DNA of 64,000 bases, from contig CAXXJS010000040.1 in the NCBI GenBank assembly GCA_963662665.2, positions 365,574-429,573 of the forward strand. Reading direction: 5' to 3'. Below the pieces are notes generated by a model, which was not told the DNA's origin, made no database searches, and was given only the letters and a program-made list of their open reading frames with translations. Position 1 is the first letter of the stretch. The number at the start of each line of letters is the position of its first letter. Below, piece after piece: positions 29,680-38,497 of the stretch. Source of the DNA: Candidatus Latescibacterota bacterium. GTDB taxonomy: Bacteria; Latescibacterota; UBA2968; GCA-2709665. The position numbers and the translations under genes are program-made.

Positions 29680-29992
29680 GCAGCCGCGCGCTCACCAGCC
29701 TGTTCAGGCTCACGCCCTGTTCCGCCGCTTCGATGACCAGGGCGCGGTGCGATTCCGGCGGCAGACGAACCAGGAACTTTCCGCTATACGCGCGGTCCGC
29801 CAACGGCGCCGGTACCGGTTCACCGGTGGCGCGCATGTCGGCCACGGATTCCCGAACGAGCCGCTGGATGCCGGACAATGCCTCGTCGGGTGACGGCGCG
29901 AGCCAGCTCAACGACGGGAATTCCGCGCAGAGACCCACGTGTTCCTTGTCTTCCGCGGACCACGTGATCCGGTAGGTGTAATGGTCGTTCAT
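29633..29992 (-). CDS. hicB: HicB family antitoxin
   Basis: YTYRITWSAED..HVGLCAEFPSLSWL, YSGKFLVRLPPESHRALVIEAAEQGVSLNRLV (RHH domain). Confidence 0.9.
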   Translation of the reverse strand: MNDHYTYRITWSAEDKEHVGLCAEFPSLSWLAPSPDEALSGIQRLVRESVADMRATGEPVPAPLADRAYSGKFLVRLPPESHRALVIEAAEQGVSLNRLVSARLLRSCRFPRGAPAGSY

Positions 29993-30426
29993 TTTATGTC
30001 CTCGAGTTTTTCAATTGCCCGGATGACCTGGCGGACCTGATATGGCTTCGCCATGCCCTTGTAATTCTGTATGGTAGAAGCTGTTTGAATATTACTAGCG
30101 AGTTCCCGAGCGCGAGCGAAAAAGCGGCAGTCAAGGCGGGCAAATTCGCCTATGAGAGGCGAGGGGCGCGCAGCCTCGACTAAAGATACGGGTGAGTTTG
30201 ACCAACGCCGACCGGCGCATTTGCAGCCGCGCGAAGACCGCTGGGAATTTTCAAACAGCTTCCTAACGCGTGGGTCGCCTGGCCACGGCATCCGGTAGAC
30301 CCGATGGCTCGTCCCTTTCTGGCGTGGTTCTCCGAAATAGTCGTCGCAAATCCTTACAAGATCCGAAAAACGGACTCCATTCGGATTGTCACGAAGCGCT
30401 TTGAGGATTTCCGTCGTGCTTACCAT
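29989..30426 (-). CDS. hicA: HicA family toxin carrying a 63-aa in-frame MITE insertion
   Basis: NPNGVRFSDL...FGEPRQKGTSHRVY..PWPGDPRV-[63 aa]-TIQNYKGMAKPYQVRQV; overlaps the hicB start; 82 aa without the insert. Confidence 0.85.
   Translation of the reverse strand: MVSTTEILKALRDNPNGVRFSDLVRICDDYFGEPRQKGTSHRVYRMPWPGDPRVRKLFENSQRSSRGCKCAGRRWSNSPVSLVEAARPSPLIGEFARLDCRFFARARELASNIQTASTIQNYKGMAKPYQVRQVIRAIEKLEDIK
30077..30263. mobile_element. Non-autonomous palindromic MITE (about 187 bp) with TA duplication
   Basis: 24-bp terminal inverted repeats GAAGCTGTTTGAAtATTaCtAGCG / GAAGCTGTTTGAAaATTcCcAGCG; TA at 30075-76 and 30264-65. Confidence 0.85.
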
Positions 30427-30431
30427 GAAAT

Positions 30432-30460
30432 ATGATATCAATAATGATACTAATTGTAAA
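30432..30460 (-). promoter_or_regulatory. Leaderless sigma70 promoter and likely operator of hicAB
   Basis: Minus strand TTTACA-17 bp-TATCAT-5 nt-ATG; overlapping TGATATCA and TGATACTA palindromes. Confidence 0.7.
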
Positions 30461-30600
30461 GTAGAATCGATCCCTGCGTGCACGACCGGTGAAGCGTAAC
30501 CCGCTCCGGGTCTGCATGAGGTGACACGCTCGACACCGTGTGTGGAACACGCGGGTAGGGGCCGCCTGCCTTCACATCTCAATGCAAAAACGGTACGTAC

Positions 30601-32430
30601 ATGGAACAACCCATCCTGATATTGCGCGCGGGAAGCGACCCGTCGGAAGACCTGTGTGCCGAAGTGCTCCGATGCGAGGGCTTTCCCTGGCTGGAAGAGC
30701 GCCTTGCGTCGGGATTTGACGGTGTGTCGCCCGACGTGAGCCTCGTGGTTCTGGCTGGCACCGGCGTCAGCCAGACGACGGCGGAGCGCCTGGCGAAGTC
30801 TGTTTCCGCGGGTGTATCGCTGATCGCGCTCGCGCCTGACCCGGCCGTCGCGACCGCGTTCGACGTCACGGTATCGGATGCCATCTCCGACGCCCACCTG
30901 TCCGTGACCGCCCTGGACGGCTGGGAACACGGCGATGTGCCGCTGCTGTGTCCCGACGACACCGCTTGTCCCCTTCAGGGCGGCCGGGAAGTGGCGGCGC
31001 TTCTGGCCGATGGAGATGAGCGATGCGGATCGGGAATCGTATCCGCCCGCGTGGGAGATGGAAAGGCATGGATTTACGGCTACGATCTCTGCCACGTCGT
31101 GGCAACGCTTCGTCACGGCACGGGAGGCGTGCGCGAGCGGCCGGCGAAGGACATGGGACCGCTCACGGGACCGCGGCACATCTACGGATTCTTCGATCTC
31201 TCCGACAAGCTGCCACGGGACGTGCCGGTATGCGACCTGCATCAGGATATACTGAGGACGCTGGTTCTGTCCTCCCTCTCCGATTCCGGTCTTCCCCGGC
31301 TCTGGCACTTTCCCCACGCCGCCCCCGCGCTCTGGTTCGTGAAGGGAGATGGGTGTGGAGAAGTCGGCGCCGACGTGGAAGTCCAGGTCGTCGAGGAGTA
31401 CGGCGCTTATCTGACCTTCAACAGACCCCCCGTTAGCCGGTTCGGCGGCGAACTGATGAGAGACTGGCACGAACGGGGGCACGGCATCACCATCGAAGCC
31501 AATCTGGACGCCGTCACGCGGCCCGTCGTCGAGGTCTCGGGTAAGACGGTCAGGCGGTCCCGCACAGCACAGGACCTGAACGAAAACGCGCTGCCCGATA
31601 TCCGCGCCAACCTGGAGGCGCACCGCAACAGCTTCTTCCGCGACACCGGCCTGGACATGGACACGATCTGCATCCACGGTTGCCAGTGGTCGGGGCAGGC
31701 GATGGCGGAGATGGTGGTCGACCTCGGCTGGTACACGCCCACTCACTTCATCTCGCACGACCCACGCATGCGCCGCGATGAGCGCTATGGGCCATACATG
31801 ATCGCGACCGCCCTGCCTCTCCCCTACTTCCAGCACGGTGTGGGCGTCCTCGACCTGTGGCATATGCCGGCGCAGTGGGACGAGAGTCAGACGCTGGGCG
31901 AACTGGATCCCGGAGATCCGAAATCAACAGGCAGGGTGGGCCTGTCGGCGGAGGCATACGGGGCCGAACTCACACGCTTCGCCGAAGACGCGGCGCGGCG
32001 CTGGCACGGCTGCCAGATCGCCAACTTTCACCCGAGCTACGTCGCCATGCCCCAGGACGATCCCCGGGCCTCCCGCCGTGCGCTGGAAATGGGCCTGGAA
32101 GGCGCCCGGGCGGCGGGATGCCGGTTCGAGAACCAGGAGCGGTGGTCGCGGTTCTCCAGGGCCCGCGCGGACGTGCGGCTCGTGGAGCGGTGGGAGGAGG
32201 GCGAAGCCGTCTTTCTGACGCTGGTTTCCCCAATGGGTCTGCAAGGGCTCACCCTGCTGCTGCCCGATCGCGTGATCGACGCCCGCGTTGCCGAAACCGG
32301 CGGGCCCCTGGACATCCGTGAGGTTGTGCTGGAAGGACGGCGCCAGCGGGCCGTGTTTCTGGACCTGCTCGCGAAAACGCCGCTTACCCTTCGCATGGAG
32401 ACTGCGACTTCGGGAGATATTCGGGGGTAA
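30601..32430 (+). CDS. Hypothetical protein, probable GATase-like N-domain plus NodB/polysaccharide deacetylase-like barrel
   Basis: Long GC3-biased ORF; LPRLWHFP...VKGD, WHERGHGI, ANFHP. Confidence 0.5.
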   Translation: MEQPILILRAGSDPSEDLCAEVLRCEGFPWLEERLASGFDGVSPDVSLVVLAGTGVSQTTAERLAKSVSAGVSLIALAPDPAVATAFDVTVSDAISDAHLSVTALDGWEHGDVPLLCPDDTACPLQGGREVAALLADGDERCGSGIVSARVGDGKAWIYGYDLCHVVATLRHGTGGVRERPAKDMGPLTGPRHIYGFFDLSDKLPRDVPVCDLHQDILRTLVLSSLSDSGLPRLWHFPHAAPALWFVKGDGCGEVGADVEVQVVEEYGAYLTFNRPPVSRFGGELMRDWHERGHGITIEANLDAVTRPVVEVSGKTVRRSRTAQDLNENALPDIRANLEAHRNSFFRDTGLDMDTICIHGCQWSGQAMAEMVVDLGWYTPTHFISHDPRMRRDERYGPYMIATALPLPYFQHGVGVLDLWHMPAQWDESQTLGELDPGDPKSTGRVGLSAEAYGAELTRFAEDAARRWHGCQIANFHPSYVAMPQDDPRASRRALEMGLEGARAAGCRFENQERWSRFSRARADVRLVERWEEGEAVFLTLVSPMGLQGLTLLLPDRVIDARVAETGGPLDIREVVLEGRRQRAVFLDLLAKTPLTLRMETATSGDIRG

Positions 32431-32431
32431 T

Positions 32432-32539
32432 ATGGCGAGAGTACAGATGTGGGATCGCGCCCATGAAGAGGCCCGCCGCAAGCTCGGCGCCATCGTCCTT
32501 TCGGACCATCCGGACCTGGGTTTCGAGGAAATCGAATGA
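32432..32539 (+). CDS. 35-aa small ORF or gene remnant
   Basis: Fills the gap between two genes exactly; ATGA overlap with 32536. Confidence 0.35.
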   Translation: MARVQMWDRAHEEARRKLGAIVLSDHPDLGFEEIE

Positions 32540-34551
32540 AACGGAAAATTCGCCGCACGGCCCTTCTGAACATTCAGAAAGTGAGTTATTCCCGCGACCA
32601 CGTGGCGCGTGTCAGGAGAGAGGGGTTTACGGATATCGGCGTCTCCCTGAAAACGGGGAAAAGGAAATTCACGGGCCAGGGATTCGACGCGGAACAGGTG
32701 TGTCAATTTGGCGAATGGGCGGATGAATTCGGACTCGGGATGACCGTTTTCACCGGGTACATGAAGTACCGGGAGACTTTCCTGCGGGACCATCCCGAAC
32801 GGGCCATGGTATGCGTGGGGGGCTCGGGGACCGCACTGGACAGCGATAGTCTGGTACGCACCAAATGGCTGTGCCCGTTCCAGCCGGAGAACAAGGCCGA
32901 ATACCTCGATCTCCTGAGGAAAGTGATCGGGCTGCCGGCCCTCCGGGAAATCCACCTGAACGACGAGGCCGCCATAGGGTTCGCGAACGGCGATATCGGA
33001 TGCTACTGCGACTATTGCGTTTCCGAATACCAACGGGAATACGGGGCGCCGCCCCCTGCCGATTTCGACTGGAATTCGGAGGCGTGGTGGGCGTGGGTGC
33101 AGCGCAGGATGGCGCGGTGGACCGATGTCCACTCCTGGTTCCGCGAGCAAATCAAGTACAAGCGCCCCGACGTCCTGGTCGGCATTCAGTATTCGCCGGT
33201 AGTCGTGTCCTTCAATGAAAACATCTGGCGCGCGGGGATCGACCTCTCGCAGGACGCACTGGCCCAGGACGTGCTTTGTACAGACCCGTATCACTACAAC
33301 CACACGTCGCACTTCACCTACCGGCCCGCGCGCCGGATCCTGACGGAGGCGACCCGGACGCTCGCCGGCGCCACGGTGGACCGTTCGTTGAATATCTACC
33401 CACAGGCATTCAGACCGCCCCTGGGCGGGCCGGAGTTGACCCGCCGCGACGGTTTCATGGCCGGCGCGGTTCCCTACGCGCTCGGCGCGGACAACATTAC
33501 GCCGTATTCCAACGATCTGGCGCGTATCATACCCGGGTTTCTGGACGGGTTTCACGAAGCGGGAAAACTTATTCCCTATTTCGAAAAGACGAGTCCCTAT
33601 GCGTATGCCACCGTCGTCAACGCCACTCAGACGGAAATGTACGGAAATCCGGAAACCGGCTGGGGCGGGAAGGCGCTGGCGGTCTGGCCCGACGTGATGA
33701 ACCACGTGGGGCTGCCGTGGCGCTGGCACTTCGACGGACGGCTAGCCGACGCCGGAAAGGCCCTCGAAGGGCCGGCGATCCTGCCGGATACCCACTGCCT
33801 CACCGGCGAACAGAGGGCCGTTCTGCAAGGGCATGCCGAATCGGGCAATGGTCTCCTCTGGGTGGGGCGGACCCCGAACCGGGACTGGCCGGGAAAGGGG
33901 CCCTGTCCACCGCCGGAGGGGAAATCCATCGACAGCGCGGAAATGCGGCGAGTAAGGCCGGACCATCCTTTCCTGGAGGGTATTTCGCATCCGGTAATGC
34001 TTCAGTCTGCGTTTGTCGAGCCGGGAATCGAAGGCGAGACGCTGGGCGAGATCGACGGGAGGCCGGCGCTGGTCGTGAAGGAGGAAAACGGCGGGCGACA
34101 GGTCTGGATGGCGGGGGTCCCGGAGTTCAGCTACGTGACGCCTGGAGACCACAACGGCGTCCGGACGCCCACGGACGGCATTCCGTTGCTGCGGAATGTC
34201 CTGAAGTGGCTGGCGCGGGACGCACCGGTTGCCCGACTATGGCCCTACCCGCCGGACAACGCGTACCGGGACCTGCGGCCCTGGGACCGCCGCGACGTGC
34301 CGACCATGGAATTGTTTCCGATGATCGGCGACGGATGCCTGGTCTGCCTTATCTTCAACTACGTGGGGCTGGAATACCGGACGAACCTGGTGATGCGCGC
34401 GCCGGAAGGCGCACGCATCGTATCACTGACCGACGTCTTCACGGGAGCCGACGAACTGCCCGTCTGTGACGTCCGTGGTAACGAGGTTCTGATGCCCGTC
34501 AGAATGTCGAATCAGACCGATTACCTGGCCGTGGAATTGACGTGGCGGTAA
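32536..34551 (+). CDS. GH42-like TIM barrel protein, paralog 2
   Basis: Same length (671 aa) as 6491, with identical blocks GYMKYRETFLR, WLCPFQPENKAEY, DLRPWDRRDVPTME. Confidence 0.65.
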   Translation: MKRKIRRTALLNIQKVSYSRDHVARVRREGFTDIGVSLKTGKRKFTGQGFDAEQVCQFGEWADEFGLGMTVFTGYMKYRETFLRDHPERAMVCVGGSGTALDSDSLVRTKWLCPFQPENKAEYLDLLRKVIGLPALREIHLNDEAAIGFANGDIGCYCDYCVSEYQREYGAPPPADFDWNSEAWWAWVQRRMARWTDVHSWFREQIKYKRPDVLVGIQYSPVVVSFNENIWRAGIDLSQDALAQDVLCTDPYHYNHTSHFTYRPARRILTEATRTLAGATVDRSLNIYPQAFRPPLGGPELTRRDGFMAGAVPYALGADNITPYSNDLARIIPGFLDGFHEAGKLIPYFEKTSPYAYATVVNATQTEMYGNPETGWGGKALAVWPDVMNHVGLPWRWHFDGRLADAGKALEGPAILPDTHCLTGEQRAVLQGHAESGNGLLWVGRTPNRDWPGKGPCPPPEGKSIDSAEMRRVRPDHPFLEGISHPVMLQSAFVEPGIEGETLGEIDGRPALVVKEENGGRQVWMAGVPEFSYVTPGDHNGVRTPTDGIPLLRNVLKWLARDAPVARLWPYPPDNAYRDLRPWDRRDVPTMELFPMIGDGCLVCLIFNYVGLEYRTNLVMRAPEGARIVSLTDVFTGADELPVCDVRGNEVLMPVRMSNQTDYLAVELTWR

Positions 34552-34620
34552 TATCGGGGCCTCGCCCTGTCCGGCGCCTTGATGTATCGTCCAGCCAATT
34601 AACAGAGGGGACGCGAGTCG

Positions 34621-35724
34621 ATGTTGCAGACCGTTGACGGCGGCATCCTTTCGTGGCGACGCGGAATGGGGGCGTTCATGCCCGCGATCACGCCGCTCTC
34701 CGACGGCAGCATGATCGCCTGCCAGCACGTCGGCGAGAGTCTGGGATCCGCGGACAACCATATCGAAGTCCTTCGCTGGGCCGACGGGGCTGCAACGTGG
34801 GTGAACGAAGGCAGCATCCACGGCGGCGGGCCGGCGGAAGACGGTTGGACCTACAGGAGTCCCTGCATCAGCGAGACGCCCGGCACCGGGCTGGTGATGA
34901 CCGCGACGCGTTTCGAAATGCAGGGCGAAAAGCTGTTTGATCCGAGTTCGGAGGTGCTGCAGCGACCTGAAATGCTATTGTTCAGATCGGATGACGCCGG
35001 ACACGCCTGGTCCACGCCACAGGTCGTCCCCGTGGATCTGCCGCCCGAGAAATACACGTGTAACGGCGCCGGCGTGTTGCTCCAACTCAGTCCGGACCGG
35101 TGGATGTACCCCCTGGAGACCTGGAAACCGGAAGGATATGAAGGGCCGCCCGATCAGAAGGCCGCGGCGGTCTTCTCCGCCGACCAGGGACGAACCTGGG
35201 GCGAGTTTACCGTGGTGGCCGACGATCCATCGGGCGAGTTGCTCTGGTGGGACCAGATGAATACGGTGTTGCCGGACGGCAGAATCTACACCATGCTCTG
35301 GACACACGTCTATGGTACATCCGAGGACCTGCACAATCACTGGACGGTCTCCGACGACGGCGGGCGGACGTGGTCGGCGCCGCGGCCCACCAACCTGCGC
35401 GGGCAGGTTTGCTCCCCCATCGCGCTGGCCGACGGACGGGTGGCGGCCATCTACAACTTCCGGCACGATCCGCATGGCATACGCGTGGCCCTCAGCGAGG
35501 ATCTGGAGACATTCGACCTGGATGGCCAGGTCGTCGTGTTCGACGCAGGGGCCGAGGCCACTCTGGGAGAGCCGGAGACGGACAATTTTCTGGCCGAGCA
35601 CATGCAAATCGCTTTCGGCAAACCCGGCGGCATCCGCCTTGACGACGGCGACCTGATGACGTACTTCTGGTGTACGGTCGGCGGTGTGACCCACACGCGC
35701 TGGGCACGGCTCAGGGTCGATTAG
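34621..35724 (+). CDS. Sialidase-fold (BNR/Asp-box) protein
   Basis: Asp-boxes SDDAGHAW, SADQGRTW, SDDGGRTW, SEDLETF. Confidence 0.78.
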   Translation: MLQTVDGGILSWRRGMGAFMPAITPLSDGSMIACQHVGESLGSADNHIEVLRWADGAATWVNEGSIHGGGPAEDGWTYRSPCISETPGTGLVMTATRFEMQGEKLFDPSSEVLQRPEMLLFRSDDAGHAWSTPQVVPVDLPPEKYTCNGAGVLLQLSPDRWMYPLETWKPEGYEGPPDQKAAAVFSADQGRTWGEFTVVADDPSGELLWWDQMNTVLPDGRIYTMLWTHVYGTSEDLHNHWTVSDDGGRTWSAPRPTNLRGQVCSPIALADGRVAAIYNFRHDPHGIRVALSEDLETFDLDGQVVVFDAGAEATLGEPETDNFLAEHMQIAFGKPGGIRLDDGDLMTYFWCTVGGVTHTRWARLRVD

Positions 35725-35767
35725 GTGCTTACGATCCGGCGCAAATCGGTCATTGGAGAATAATAAC

Positions 35768-36847
35768 ATGAGTAGCCTCAATCACACTGAAATCCGGGTA
35801 GATGCGGATGTTCTCGAAACATTCGTGCGCGACCTGTATCTGGCCGCCGGCGTGCCGGCTGGTGACGCGGAAACGATCGCACGGGCAATTCTCTGCCAGG
35901 AAACCCGCGGCAACACGACCCACGGGCTCCGGCTCGCACACTTCAATCTGCGGGGGCTGGACGATGGCACAATCCGCGCCAATCCCGATCAGCCCGTCCT
36001 CAGCGACCGTGGCATGACCGCGGTGATCGAAGGCGACCACGGTGTGGGTATCGTCGGCTGCATGAAGGGGATGCGGCTGGCCATCCGGAAAGCACGGGAA
36101 GGCGGCATCGGCATCGCCCTGATCGTACGGAACAATCATTTTCTCGCCGCCGTTCCGTATTGCCTCGAAGCGGCCGACGCCGGAATGATCGGTATTGCGT
36201 TTTCGAACACCAAGGGCGCCATGGGATATCCTGGCGCCCGCGGCTCGGTGATCGGGAATACGCCGATGGGCTTCGGCATCCCGACGGCCGGCGGCTTTCC
36301 CATCCTGTTCGACGCCTGTATGACCGCCTCCGGAGGCAGGATGAGGCAGTGGACCAGGGAAGGAGAGCGGATTCCGCGCGATATACGAGGGTTCGACCGG
36401 GACGGCAGGCCCACCGACGACCCGCAGGCCGTAATTGGCGGCGGGACCACGATGCCAATCGGCGGGCACAAGGGCGCCGGACTGGCCATTCTGGTTGAGG
36501 CGTTGACGGGGGTGCTGGGCGGCGCCGCTTTCCTGAGCGATATCACACCCCGCGACCAGGCCGACAGAACGGACAAGACCCACGCGGTGAGCCATTGCTG
36601 CATCGCCATCGACGTCGCGGCGTTTATGCCAGTGGCGGATTTTGAAGCGCGAATGGCGGACTTTGTCGCGGACCTCAAGGACAACCCACTTGACGGCGAG
36701 TCCGATGAGATCCGGCTGCCCGGAGAAAGAATGGAGCGGACCCGGCGGGAATGCGAGATTCACGGCGTCCCGCTGGAACCGGATGTGCATCAGGAACTCG
36801 AGGATTGGGCGGATCGACTGGGCGTGCGTTTCCCGGATACGCTTTAG
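35768..36847 (+). CDS. Ldh_2 family oxidoreductase (malate/L-lactate/sulfolactate/ureidoglycolate dehydrogenase-like)
   Basis: RGNTTHG, VRNNHF, IGNTP, GGHKGAGLA, IRLPGE. Confidence 0.9.
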   Translation: MSSLNHTEIRVDADVLETFVRDLYLAAGVPAGDAETIARAILCQETRGNTTHGLRLAHFNLRGLDDGTIRANPDQPVLSDRGMTAVIEGDHGVGIVGCMKGMRLAIRKAREGGIGIALIVRNNHFLAAVPYCLEAADAGMIGIAFSNTKGAMGYPGARGSVIGNTPMGFGIPTAGGFPILFDACMTASGGRMRQWTREGERIPRDIRGFDRDGRPTDDPQAVIGGGTTMPIGGHKGAGLAILVEALTGVLGGAAFLSDITPRDQADRTDKTHAVSHCCIAIDVAAFMPVADFEARMADFVADLKDNPLDGESDEIRLPGERMERTRRECEIHGVPLEPDVHQELEDWADRLGVRFPDTL

Positions 36848-36874
36848 CGCGCCGTCAACACGATGTGAGAAGGT

Positions 36875-37371
36875 ATGGACGACCAATACCGAATTCGCGG
36901 CGCGACGAAAGCCGACCTGGACCGGATCGGGGAAATCATCCGGCAGGCGTGGGAGCCGATTTTCGGGCTGCACGAAGAAAACTGGGGCGAGGAGCTCTTC
37001 GACGTCCTTTATGCGAACTGGCCGGAAAACATCAAGGCCAGTGTGGGACGCCACCTGGCGGAACACCCGGAATGGGCGTTCGTCGTTGAGTCGCGCGAAA
37101 CCGGCGAGGTGGTTGCGTTCATCACCTATCTGCTGGATACGAAGAAAGGGATTGGCATCGTGGGACTGAACGCCGTCGCGGCCGGGTTGCAGGGTCAGGG
37201 AATCGGGACCACGATGTACAACTTCGTCATGGACCGTTTCCGGAAGGCGGGCTGAAATACGCGCAGGTGCGAACGGGCCTGAACGATGCACAGACCGGCG
37301 CCCGGCGGGCCTACGAGAAGGCCGGGTTCAACATCGAACGTAAAGAGGTCATCTATTACGCGTACCTTTGA
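36875..37371 (+). pseudogene. GNAT acetyltransferase split by a 1-nt deletion near 37250 (true frameshift or sequencing error)
   Basis: NAVAAGLQGQGIG then TGA at 37253; the -1 frame continues GLKYAQVRTG...ARRAYEKAGF...YAYL-stop at 37371. Confidence 0.8.
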
Positions 37372-37382
37372 AAGGTCCGGGT

Positions 37383-38450
37383 ATGGAACAATACATCTTC
37401 CGGGGAGGTCCTGCCGAAGCGGGGCGGGCGCAGGGCGCGCTGGATCCGGAATACGCCCGGCGTGAGCTGGAGAAGCGGTTGGAACAGCCTCAGGACTTCG
37501 AGGACGGCTACTTCCGTGAGAACTTGTCATTCATGCGGCGGGAATTCCCGGAACTGGTGACGCAGATGGAAGCGTACGGCGACGCTGCGGGGATTGAAGA
37601 CTTCGATCATACGTATCTGCTGCACGTCTACTTTACCGCCGCCGACCTGGACGGATGCTCGGCGCTCGGGATCATGCTGAAGGACGACGGTCCGGCGATG
37701 TTGAGGACGTACGATACGAGTTCCATCAGCAGGGTCGAGGATTTCGTGAAGGACAAGATCCTGATGGAATTGCCGGACGTCAGGCCCCACGGGATGGCCG
37801 GCATCGGGGAGCGGTTCGGCGTCACCGTCGGCACGGCGATCAACGACGCGGGGCTGCTGGTGGGTTGCGCGTCCGGTCACCGGAAGTTCAACCCCGGCGC
37901 CAACCCGGAACACGTCAATCTATATTTCACCACGCACCTGCTCGCGCAATATTGCGCTGACTGCGACGACGTGGGGCACTTCCTCCTGCAATACAGGATC
38001 TCGGGCATCAAGGGCCTCACGGGCGTTGCCGTGGACGCGGCCGGCGACATGGTGGGTTTCGAACTGGAATCGGCCAACATCGCCCTCAGGGAACCCGAAA
38101 ACGGGATGGTACTCGAAACCAACCACTGGCAGGATCCCGCCCTCCAGAAACCGTCCCGCGAGGCGGATCCGGACTGGTGGGCGAGCACGTCGTATTACAA
38201 CTCCCAGAACCGGATTCAGTACCTGGCCTGCCACCGGGACGCGTTCGAAAGCATGCGCACCGTGGATGAACTGACCGACTTCTCGTTCGACGTGCACGAA
38301 CCGGGAAGGATTCTTCAAAGCCCGGAAACCAATATCGGAGGCTGGTTCACCACCCACGCGATCTTCATGACGTCGCGAGACCGGAAGTTGCGGGTCCACC
38401 GGTACCCGCTGGACAAGGAACAACATACGGAAATGACGTACGCCGAATGA
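37383..38450 (+). CDS. Peptidase C45 family Ntn-hydrolase/acyltransferase, paralog 1
   Basis: Pro-region then G-CSALG autocleavage Cys; INDAGLLVG, ETNHW, SQNR. Confidence 0.75.
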   Translation: MEQYIFRGGPAEAGRAQGALDPEYARRELEKRLEQPQDFEDGYFRENLSFMRREFPELVTQMEAYGDAAGIEDFDHTYLLHVYFTAADLDGCSALGIMLKDDGPAMLRTYDTSSISRVEDFVKDKILMELPDVRPHGMAGIGERFGVTVGTAINDAGLLVGCASGHRKFNPGANPEHVNLYFTTHLLAQYCADCDDVGHFLLQYRISGIKGLTGVAVDAAGDMVGFELESANIALREPENGMVLETNHWQDPALQKPSREADPDWWASTSYYNSQNRIQYLACHRDAFESMRTVDELTDFSFDVHEPGRILQSPETNIGGWFTTHAIFMTSRDRKLRVHRYPLDKEQHTEMTYAE

Positions 38451-38497
38451 CGGCGCTGTATATCAGATCGAACTGCTGAAGGGAAGGAAGGACCACA

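Noticed and set aside
29989-31863. 624-aa minus-strand ORF read as a giant HicA fusion
   Set aside because: The upstream part is the shadow of the 30601 gene; a promoter directly precedes the ATG at 30426
37253-37255. TGA as selenocysteine or readthrough in the GNAT gene
   Set aside because: Homology continues in the -1 frame, not in frame
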